Of a stretch of DNA of 64,000 nt, positions 1 to 11,185 are shown piece after piece. The stretch comes from Psilocybe cubensis (taxonomy: Eukaryota). Each line of letters begins with the position of its first letter. Position 1 is the stretch's first letter. The position numbers were made by a program, and so were the translations under genes. Where the stretch lies: contig CM039003.1 of the NCBI GenBank assembly GCA_017499595.2, forward strand, positions 930,001 to 994,000, read 5' to 3'. The notes beneath the pieces are model-generated. The model ran no database searches. It saw nothing but the letters and a program-made list of their open reading frames with translations, and was not told the DNA's origin.

Positions 1-390
1 CATGAACTTAAGGCGCACTCACCTTCCAGACACACGCTCTTCGGGGCATGAACTTGAGCTTGAGCTTGAGTCTTGGATAGATCATACAAAGCAACGCCTT
101 GACCAGTTTACGACGAACGGTACATAAAAGTTGGAAGAAGACATATGTAAAGCATGAAGAAAAAACTCAATGGACCCGTGACCGTTAGGTCATGAATATA
201 GTGACCACCGGAATTAGACGCCGAACCACAATCGCATCTACGCGACTTGCAATTGGGGAAATTATGTTACGCGACAAAACGCGCTGATGATTGTTTGAAG
301 CATCGCTCACCGAGAATCCAGTTTACAGCTGATATCCCACTGCAATAGATATTCCACAACATACAAAAAAAAAAATAGGTGGTATCCAAC

Positions 391-2576
391 TCAAAGCTTC
401 GCCTTCTCCACCTCCTTCTCCTTCTCCTTCTTCGCCGCCGCCTCAAGCATATCCTTCACCTCCGTCGCCGCCTCCGCCAAATAATGCTTCAACACCCTCC
501 CATCAACCCTCTCCCCAAACCTCGAATATCCCCCCCTCAAATTCGTAATCGTCCACCTAACATAATCATCCCCAATAGCATACGCAACTCCATACCCATC
601 CTCCACCACCTCGCCGTACCCCCACCCGCTGAAGTAGGGACTGCTCAGCTGGCTCGTGCTCAGTTCCCAGTGGTTTGATTTGCTGAATGCGCCGTCGGTG
701 TATAGTGCTGGCACGGGCTCGGTGGGTTGGAGTAGCTTTTTGAGCCCGAAGAGGTGCCGGTCGACGCCGGCGCCGTCAGCGGCCCACGAGGCGTATTGGA
801 TATGTCGCGCCGCCGCGCGCGTGAACAGAGATTTCAGGTAAACCGGGTCCTACATTCGTATATATAATGTGAATACATGTCCTGTAAACCTGGGAAGAAA
901 ACACGTACGGTGATTTTAGGATCCAGCATAGCCTCAGCCCACGCTTTACTCTCATTACTCGCGCTGCGGATAACCTCCGTGCGCCCGAGCTGGTACTTGC
1001 GCGTCTGTGCGCTCTCGTACGTCACACCCGGCCGACCGTTCATCTTATGGAACGCGAGCTGCTTGATGAGCTGCGCGGTCGCGTCTGGTGACGTTTTATG
1101 GTGCTTGGTAAAGTTCTTGCCAAAGCCTTCGTAGTGCAACACCTATAGACCAACCATCAACATCAGCAAGTCATGATAAGAAAGAAAGAAGAGAAAAGAA
1201 AAAACACGTACCTGCAGATCATGCTTCCCAACAAGCTCATCAAACCTCTTTTCCGCGCCTTGCACCAGACCCTTAACCTTCTCATCCAACTCAAACACCA
1301 ACTCCTCCACCACGGGCAACTTCTCCCCATCCACCCCCTCCGGACCCAAATCCACCTTCCCCTGCGCAAGCGCCGCAAGCACAAACTCATTCATCCTCAA
1401 CGTCGGCGTCCCATCCATACACGAGTGCTCACCAAGGAACCCCGAGCGCCCATTCTCATACACCACAAGCTGATGCTTATCATACCACCGATTCCTCCCG
1501 TCGCCCACCCAGGTGCCCCAGCTGATGTCTTCGCGCGTGATGGGCTTGCTGTCGTCCAGCGCAAGCACAATCATCGCGCCCTCGATCTTCCTCAGCAGCT
1601 CCGCGTTCCTTCCCGAGGGCGATGCCGCAAGCAGCGCTTGACGCGCGTCGGCCCAGAGGTCGCGGTTGTCAGCGGTCAGCGCGCCGACGGGGTACGCGTA
1701 CGGCGTCTCCCCTGCCCGTGCGATGATATTGTTCAGCTGCGCCTCGAGCTCAGCAGCGGAGAGCTCCGCGCCGGAGGTGTTGGTGAGCGGGACGAGGAAG
1801 AAGCGGTTCTTCCGAAGAACGATGATGTGGTTGTTAGACTTTGCGTCGAATTTGGCGGCGGTGTCGGATGGCTTGACGGGGTATCTGGAGGAGTGGAACA
1901 GCCATTTGTACGAGGCCATGCACAGGGGCGCACCCCGCACTTTTTCAGGTTCCAGCCGGCCACTTTTGGGTGTGCACGCAGTCAGAAAATTGGATATCGG
2001 AAGAGTACGGCTGGATAGCTCACCTCTCGACGAGTTCGCGGAACGGGAGCATCGCTTTGATCAAGCTCGCCGCGCGCTTTGCAGGGTCCCGTCTCGTACG
2101 ATCGTCAAGATGCACGAAGAAGTAGCTGACAAACACGACGACAGGGTCGCGGTACCCCATATACGCCGCCTCGTTCCACCACTCGCTGAGCCAGCTAAGC
2201 GTCTCGGGCGCCGCTGCGCGGTCCTTCAATCGCTTTTGGAGCTCGGCGGCGAGCGGGGAGGAGAGGAAGGTGGAGACGGCGGATTTGGTTTTGGAGAATT
2301 CTTCCTGTGTGAGCAGGGGTTGTGCGGTTTCGAGGTATTTGGCGCATGTGGATTCGAGGGTGGGCACGGGGAGACGGGGGAGGGAGGCTTGGTATCGTAG
2401 CATAGGAGGCGCAGAGGCATCTATGGAGTAGCCTGGAGGCAGGGAAGAGGATTTTCTAGACATGATTGCTGGTGAACGCTGTTTCGATCGTTGTTTTGTC
2501 AGCATCGCGCACATTGGCAGGAAAAGCGACGTACGATGATACGCTTGGATGCGTTGGTAGTGGTGATTCTGAGCAT
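391..2576 (-). CDS. CAT2: Carnitine O-acetyltransferase, multi-exon, probably dual mitochondrial/peroxisomal
   Basis: Spliced ORFs give LPRLPVPTLE, NRWYDK, the catalytic GEHSCMDG motif, TYESAQTRKY-GRTE and WELSTSQL. The C-terminus is AKL (PTS1). A short first exon at 2535-2576 (MLRITTTNASKRII) splices in frame to a second ATG at 2463. Confidence 0.93.
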
Positions 2577-3780
2577 CGGCAAAGAAGTCAGCAAAGGGTG
2601 CAGAGGGAGATAGAACGAGGTGTCGGACACAGCAGGCTGGAACGACGACCTAGCTCAATCTAATCGGAAGAGTATATGTAGTGGAGATAGAGCTGAGGAA
2701 AAGTCAAAATTAGTCTAGGGTCTAAGCAGGCAAAGCAAGTCGCTCGCCACAATGTCCGCCAGCAAACTTTTTATGAGCCATCGCTCCTGTCCCTCCCGGT
2801 TACCGGCCCTCTTGGCGTCCGAGTTCACGTGAATATCTCTTCCGGCAATGACCTCCCCGAAATGTTAGTTTTTCTGCTAATTTGGGGAGCCCATCCTGAG
2901 TGAGTCGGACATCGGGTGCTGAGGTGGTGGCCATTACTAACGGCGGGGTGCTTGAGTATCATATAGATAGCAAGGCTAAACTTGACACTGACAGAAATGC
3001 GATGCTCTGAATCCCATCCGTCGGCGTATCCGGATCATCGTCATCATATCTCCACTAGTCCCGCAATCGCATATTGGTTTCTCCAGTGTGGGGTTTGCCG
3101 GGGTATGCCCATGCGCTCTTCGTGTTCTCCATCGAGCAACAAGAAATTCCGACAAGGCTTAGCTGAGAGGCTGAGGCGCTGGGACGCTGATATACGTCGT
3201 ATTCGGCTTTTGAGCACTCGTTGGTGCGCCCGTAGATTCCATTCTGCTCTCAAGTGCTACAAGATGCATGATGATGCGATGCACGGGGATCAAAGTTTGA
3301 AGTTTGAAAAAGTAAGCTTTGGCGCGTGGCCGCTCTCTCCCCCGATTCAAGCTGAGATTAAACTTACTCGGACTTGTTTAAAAACCTTGCACTCTGTACA
3401 ATTCGACATTGTTCATCTCTTGCTTTCGTTTTTTTGTCTATCTGGTAGAACTCTCGCGAAGATGAAACTATCCCTCCAGAACGAGCATAGTATAGCTGGT
3501 TTGTTTGGACTTGAGATGAGTCCCTTCAAATTGTGTTGAATGGTAATTACAACCCCCAAATGCACCCAAGTTTTTTCAATCTGATCTGATGTGCTAAACT
3601 GAGAGTGTTGCTGATCCACTCATCGATCGATATAACTAGGAATCACAAAGCCTTCATGTCATCGAGATGACACATCGATATCCCCAAGACCCTCAAAGAG
3701 TGAACGCCCTCCAGTCTTTCACAACCCACAATAGCATTGTTTTCGTGAGTAATTCTCTCCATATAACCATCCACTACAAC

Positions 3781-4067
3781 TACGACTCGGGTCCCCTATC
3801 GGCATCCATGCGCCTCCGCCTCCGCCTCAGGCTTTTTGGCTTCGGCGTGCTGTAAGCATCTCATGCAGATGCAGACGTCTACTCCATCATACGGATCTCT
3901 TCCACTGGCTGACTTTGGTCGCCTCGTATAACAGGTTGAAGGGCTGACTTTGGTCGCCTGAGGGCCGGCGAGATGGGTATGTGGGATGTTACTCCTGTAA
4001 CCCATTAAGCTTTAAGTGTTATACAGTGGGGATCTTGATGGGATGTACGAGGGGGGTCCTAGTCGTA
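3781..4067 (+). ncRNA. Intronic structured RNA, copy 1
   Basis: TACGACTCGGGTCCCCTATCGGCATCCAT (3781-3809) pairs with ATGGGATGTACGAGGGGGGTCCTAGTCGTA (4038-4067), allowing G-U pairs and small bulges. Confidence 0.62.
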
Positions 4068-4476
4068 TCATGTTTTCTAAAACTCGACGGGACATGAAGA
4101 AATCGATGACTTACACTTTATTTTGTTTTGTTGTTCTTTTAGGGTACCGAAGTATGTGGAATTGGAGTTGCCGATTCGTTGACAAACCATTCCATTCTGA
4201 AGACTTGAAATTATTTGTGAGTCAATTTCTTATAACCGTCTTGCCAGAGTTTTCAAGCTGATATTGAAACAGATGTACCCATAGAAAAACAAAGTCGGAT
4301 TTTCTTCATGCCTTACACATGTCTTCTTCCAACTTTTATGTACCTTTCCACATCAATCAGCAAGGCGTTTACGTTATCCTGGATATGGTCCCATACAAGC
4401 CCAAGCACCGAGCACCAAAAAACGTTGGTCTGTAAGGTGAGCACTCCTTCTGACTTCACATCACCCAAACCCACCC

Positions 4477-4980
4477 CGCAATGCGCAACGCGCGAAACGT
4501 AACCCCCTATCGGCATCCACGCGCCAGACTTGTACAGGCGTGGGGACAAATGGAAGGAGCTATAGGAGGTTGTCCTGCTATAAGCTGCCTACATTGTCTT
4601 CATCATCCATGCATGCATCATGAAACCCCTCCAATGCCTCGATGATTGATTACATTACATCGGCGGCGCACCGCAAGTTCCCTAACCAAGCCGATTTGCA
4701 ATTAATTGCTTTGACACTGGCACGATATTATATTTATAATAATATTGTGAATTGGTCTGTGTTGGGAAGTTGAATATGGTAGTACGGCTGACTTTGTCGG
4801 TTTACTAGTGGATTGGGTGTGGGATTTATATATATGCGTATATGTGTATGCGTATGCGTATGCGTATATCTGTGTACATGCGTATGTGTATGTGTGTATG
4901 CGTTTTCCTGTGCCTTATCTGCTTCGTGATATTGGAGGATTTGTGATGGGACGTACGAGGGGGGTTACATCGCCATTGCG
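4477..4980 (+). ncRNA. Intronic structured RNA, copy 2
   Basis: GTAACCCCCTATCGGCATCC (4499-4518) pairs with GGGACGTACGAGGGGGGTTAC (4948-4968). Distal CGCAATG (4477) pairs with CATTGCG (ending 4980). Confidence 0.62.
4830..4902. repeat. Degenerate (TATGCG/TATGTG)n microsatellite inside the loop of RNA copy 2
   Basis: Directly visible repeat. Confidence 0.8.
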
Positions 4981-5550
4981 ATTTTTTCTTCTTCCTTCCT
5001 TTCTTTCTTTGTTTCTATGGGTGTGGTTGGCTCGGACACTGACACTGACAACGATTATACAGAGAATCCGAGGGGTATGTTGTGGAGTGGATATGGGATA
5101 GTGAGGCGGTACTATTTTTTACAAGATAGGTTGCGCATATAGTTATGATTTTCGTCCAAGTTTCGTCTTCTATTATCTTCCTCCGTCCAGCTAGTGTTGA
5201 ATATATGCGGCACTTGGTAGTGCATTGCGATCGCGTTACGTGTAGAACTAGAACACTCTTTGCCAACGCGCGCAATGCCGTAGTTGTACGTAAATTATCC
5301 ATGTCATTCCTGTCGTGATCAATTTCAAGCTCAGCTTTAATCTTGTTTAGCGAGTTTAAAAAGGCTTCGTGTTCGCATCACCTCTTTACCTCCTACTCTC
5401 ACTTATTTACTCGTTTGCTCTATTGGACGATGTCTCTACTCTGACAGAACGACTGTTGCGCCTATGCAGCGCATTGTCTATGTTGTCTGTAAGGTGAGTT
5501 TCACCTTTCCACCTCATTTTCTTCTCCCACTTCCAATTTTTCGTGTTTCC

Positions 5551-5936
5551 AATATGAATCCCCTATTGGCACACACGCGTCGTAATTCGACGTGTCATCG
5601 AAGTCCTCAGCACTTCTGACGAGAACAGCTTTCACGCTGTGTTATAACATGGCGTGTCAAGCGCATACTACAAATGCAGTAGGGCACAAAAAGAAAAAGA
5701 ATGCACAACATTGTAATTGGTCTGCCCCATTGCGCGACGTGGCACGGCGCTTTGCGCTGAGCTGCTTTGGATGACGTGTATACGATGCATCGGGTCTTCC
5801 TACTAATACCAAGAGGATGTATCTGGTCATGTGTTGAGCGGTATAGGACGGGGTGTGTGGCTTTTGTAGCTGCGATACTTTGGAGAGGTCCATCCGATGG
5901 GAGTTCTTGAGTGTGTGTACGGGGGGATTTTATGTT
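5551..5936 (+). ncRNA. Intronic structured RNA, copy 3
   Basis: AATATGAATCCCCTATTGGCACACAC (5551-5576) pairs with GTGTGTGTACGGGGGGATTTTATGTT (5911-5936). Confidence 0.62.
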
Positions 5937-6084
5937 CTTTTCCTTGATCTTGTGTCATGATTTTATCTCCATTGGGGACCGACGCGGATGTGCTAACGCG
6001 TGGACACTTTTAGGAATCTGCCTACTTGGTTCAATATTGCCAGGGGTGTGCAAAGTAAGTGTTGTTGTTGCTTTGGGCATGTTG

Positions 6085-6435
6085 GATACAATCCCCTATC
6101 GCGGCCACGCACCACTAGGTGGTGTACATGACTCTATCGAGTGCTGCATCAGCACCTGAGTATGTGTGGTATACGTTCAACAAACCCTCATTCAAACCCC
6201 TACTGGAATGCTGCATCAGCATGGTTGCTATGCTCTTTCTATCGGATTGAGCAGAAGTCAGGGGAATTATCCGCAGACCATTGTTTACCAAAACCTGCGC
6301 CGTGTGGTGTTATTAACCGACGGGATGACAGTGCTTGTGTTTTCTTGTTGCTGTCTCTTGTATCTCGGCGAAGGTCGAGACCTGATTGGGGGGGGCGCGT
6401 TGAATGTATGTGGTCCGTATGAGGGGGATTGTATT
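6085..6435 (+). ncRNA. Intronic structured RNA, copy 4
   Basis: GATACAATCCCCTATCGCGGCCACGCAC (6085-6112) pairs with GTATGTGGTCCGTATGAGGGGGATTGTATT (6406-6435). Confidence 0.62.
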
Positions 6436-7771
6436 TTTTTTCCTTGCGCCTTTGCTCTCTTTGTGTTTCTTTTATTGAACTGTTGCTAACTGTATTTGTT
6501 TTGATACTTTAGATGCTCTCTGGAGAACCAGCGGAAAGTTGGATTGACAACTGGAGGACTCTTCGGTGGGTTAAAGAAGTCACAAGTGAAGTGCTTCTCT
6601 TGATTTACACCAAGGTTTGTCTGCGTACTTCATGTTATAGCTATTTTCATATCGATAGACCTATCCGCTAAATTTACACGTACACGGATAAAGAATTTTA
6701 TTGAGCGGAGCATAAAATTTAAAGACGGCAAATTACGGGAACTAGCAAAATCGTCCATGAGTATTTACAAAAAAAGTCGAGCTATGAGAACTAAAGCAAT
6801 ACCAACACATCAGCAGCATCCTAGAGACACTCCCTTCTCAAACTGAAAGGCATGTCAGCGCTTTTCTGCAAGATCGTACCATAGATTAAAATAAAATCAA
6901 CATAGGAGCATTCCTTATGTAACAAGGTTACGCAGAAATTCAAGTCCGACTGTATGAATATATTTTTACGTTGGGCCTATCGATATGAAAATAGCTGTAA
7001 ATAAATGTATTTTGTAGCAGTGTATCATCGTCCTATATAGCTGAGATGTTTGAATAATCAACTCTATTGATTATGTAGTGTGAAAAGTGTGTGCCGTAAA
7101 TCGCTTGGGTACATGTCGAGTCTTCGAGTCGGCTTTTGGTTCACAGTTTTGATCCGTTTCGGCGCTTACCGAACTCAAATAAGCGAGCCGCCAGAAAGCA
7201 AAATTTGCTTGTCGGAAGACAGGGGCTCTTCTGGGAGGACTCACGACACATGTTTTTTTTTTCTTTTGCAAAGGCTGTAAATTTGGACTCACTTCCATTG
7301 GCGCGCGTAGGACTTCAAGTTCAACGACCTTGAATGCGGGAGGGTCGCTATATAGGTCGCTATATACTTGGTTCTGATAAAGAGGCTAAAAACAAGGTTA
7401 CAAGAATAGGCTATATGTGTGTTGTACTATTTGTACTCGAGAAGAACCAAGACCAAGGCTGGATCATGCATGGTCCGGGGAATTCGAAGGCCAACCAGCT
7501 CGCGAGTCACACGCCGCGACGGTTGCAGGGTTGTCTTTTCCCAACCATCTTCGTTGTTCAAGTCTTCAAGCCTTCAAGTTTCAAGCTTCAACGTCGATAC
7601 TATACCCCAACCCAACTATCTTCAACGTCCACACCATATTTCCTTCAACGTCGATATCGACACACCATATTCCAACCGTCTTCTACGTCGACACAACCAT
7701 TTCACCCAACCATCTACCCAACCATCCACCCAACATCGACACAACCATCCAACCCAACCATCCACCCAACC

Positions 7772-8875
<1,104 letters not shown>

Positions 8876-9237
8876 TGAACAAGGTACAACTAGCGCCCGT
8901 CGCCTAATATCATGATCAATGTACTCAGGAATCAGGATCCCCCCCCCCTCAATCACTGACTTCGAATATCGAATATACCCTGGACATTTAAACCTATCTA
9001 TGTCAAATGTATGTAAAGACGAATTGATTTCCGTTTGAAGATTTTTTTTTTTTGGTGGTGTAATTTGTGATATAGAGGTTGTATTCCCTCGCTTATCTCT
9101 CCCAACTCTTGCAAAAGCGAAAAATTATAGAAATGTTCATGATATGATATACAGGCCTAGTTTAAACATCCTCTACTCGGCACGGCTTCAAGCTTCAGCT
9201 TCCGACCTCTTAATCCACGTCCACGTCCACGTCCACA

Positions 9238-9756
9238 TTAATAACATCCCTCAGGTCGATTCGACAAACAAAGCGTCGTACAGAACTGCCACCCACCAAT
9301 CCACGCACTGCGATGCGCACCCGAAATCGGCACACCCCCCGCACCGCACTTATCCCTAATCCTCATCGCCGCCCGCGCAAGCTCCGCCCCGCGGATCCCC
9401 GCGCCCTGCGTCGCGCCCGTGTTCCACGAGATACAACAGCGATTGCCGTACTGGTCCCAGTCGCACTCCGCTTTGGTGTACTTGGTGTCCGGGGTGAGGT
9501 TGGAGAGCTTGTTGATGATCTTGTCGCACGCGCCGGGGCTCGCGCGGTTGTTGACGGTGTCGCAGTATATCTGGTTGGGGTCGGTGTTGCCGTCGCAGGC
9601 GGCCCGGGCGCCGAGTTCGAGCGCGTTGTTCGTCTCGAGAGTTTGGTTGAGGGATATGTGGGCTACCTCGGTTGTGGTGGGTTGAGGAATGGCTGTGATG
9701 GCGGGGATCATGACGGCCATGGAGGCAATGGCGCTGGCGATTGCGAAGAACTTCAT
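9238..9756 (-). CDS. Small secreted cysteine-rich protein (172 aa, 10 Cys), intronless
   Basis: Signal peptide MKFFAIASAIASMAVMIPAITA, a pro-region ending LGAR, and a mature domain with CCISW and C-terminal CLSNRPEGCY. A TATA-like TATATAAAG lies upstream on the minus strand (~9876-9884). Confidence 0.82.
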   Translation of the reverse strand: MKFFAIASAIASMAVMIPAITAIPQPTTTEVAHISLNQTLETNNALELGARAACDGNTDPNQIYCDTVNNRASPGACDKIINKLSNLTPDTKYTKAECDWDQYGNRCCISWNTGATQGAGIRGAELARAAMRIRDKCGAGGVPISGAHRSAWIGGWQFCTTLCLSNRPEGCY

Positions 9757-11185
9757 ATTTGAACTGCCAGAAGACGTTAAGCCGCGATAAGAGCGATAAA
9801 ATCTTGTTGAACACACCTTGAAAGCAGTGATAGAATACCTGACACAACTGCAGAACGAACCACGAACGACACACTCTTTATATACCTTTCTCTATGCACA
9901 TATATCCACAGGTATGTATCCACTTTGATTCAAGTTTTTCTTTTTTTTTTGGCTCGTCTCGCATGCTTTTTCCATAGCCGACGAATTTGATTTTATTTTA
10001 CGCGTGAATAGGCGGTGTACAGATTCACGACAACCAAAAAAATGAGCCGTGATCGTCCAGTTTCACTTGCAACTATATTTCTTTCCTCAAGATGCTAAAG
10101 CAAGCTATCTTCACTGTCCAGTACTAGGCCAAAGCACCTGTGAGTCCACATGTACAAGCGCCAACAGGTCACCCAGTTTCCCATTCAACAACCTCCAGCA
10201 AAACTCACCTATGCCAACGGTAAGAGTCAAGTACAAAGATGAGATGCGAAGGCGCAGCACCAGCTCTTGGCCAACATTTCCATCAATTGACCCTCCGGCG
10301 TCAGATCGTCGTGAAATAAATGAGAACGGTATAAATATACCGATACAAGCCACTTACAAGCCGTGGAACTCGCCAGCTGGTCTCAGCTGGTACGCATATA
10401 CCAAATGCTTTTACCGATGTTCATCCATGACGCAACTCAGCGTTTTCAGTGTGCTGCTCGGTTTTTGTATTCATTCAACAACAACAACTACTCCAACTAT
10501 TATTAGTACTACAAATCCATTGAGCCAAGATAAATGCCTTAAGAATCGTCAATATTCTTCACGATTAGTAGTTAACTTTTCATCCAATATGCCTTGAGTC
10601 TCAGCATCGTTAGGAGCCGCGGCAGCTTGCCAAGACCCCTGTCCGAAACACATCCACCTCTCGCTATAGAATTTACACAACATGATCAAAGGCAGTGACA
10701 CTTATTCGACCCAAACACCTGAAATTTTCCAAGACTCGATCGAAGTCGCAGCAGAGGAATACAACTTTCCATTTTCAGAGAACCATACACCAAACATTAA
10801 GCATTTATTAGTTTCGAAAGGGTATCGCGGAAATCGACTACGAAATTGTGAGTAATATCATCTATGACAACCGGATGGAAACGTCTCCCAAACCTATCCC
10901 TTTCCGGCTCATTTTTTGCTTGTCCTCGCAGGTTTTAGACTTTTAGTACAACAGTAAAAAAGTGGATGCATTCATAATGTAGTAGTAGAGACACAGTGTA
11001 CTAGAAACAAGATGGTATCAAATATCAAATATCGAGCGGAGAGATGATGTAAATGTATTACGATGAGATTCAGATGGATGGATGGAAAGAACAAGAAAAG
11101 AGAAGAAAAGAAAAGAAAAATTTGGGAGACATTGTAATTCTAAATAGGTATGCGTGATGAGTCGTCAAAAAAAGAGTGTCCGAAA

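Larger units (their letters stand above)
3745..6512 (+). ncRNA. Putative non-coding host transcript with four long introns (3745-4142, 4437-5062, 5494-6013, 6055-6512), each containing a related structured RNA
   Basis: Donors GTGAGT, GTGAGC, GTGAGT and GTAAGT; branch-like GATGAC, ACTGAC, GCTAAC and GCTAAC; YAG acceptors. Each intron holds a CCCCTATYG... arm complementary to a ...GTAYG(A)GGGGG arm. No long ORF is evident in the intervening exons. Confidence 0.62.

Noticed and set aside
1173-2400. Long plus-strand ORFs of 281 and 244 aa
   Set aside because: Antisense shadows of the GC-rich carnitine acetyltransferase exons.
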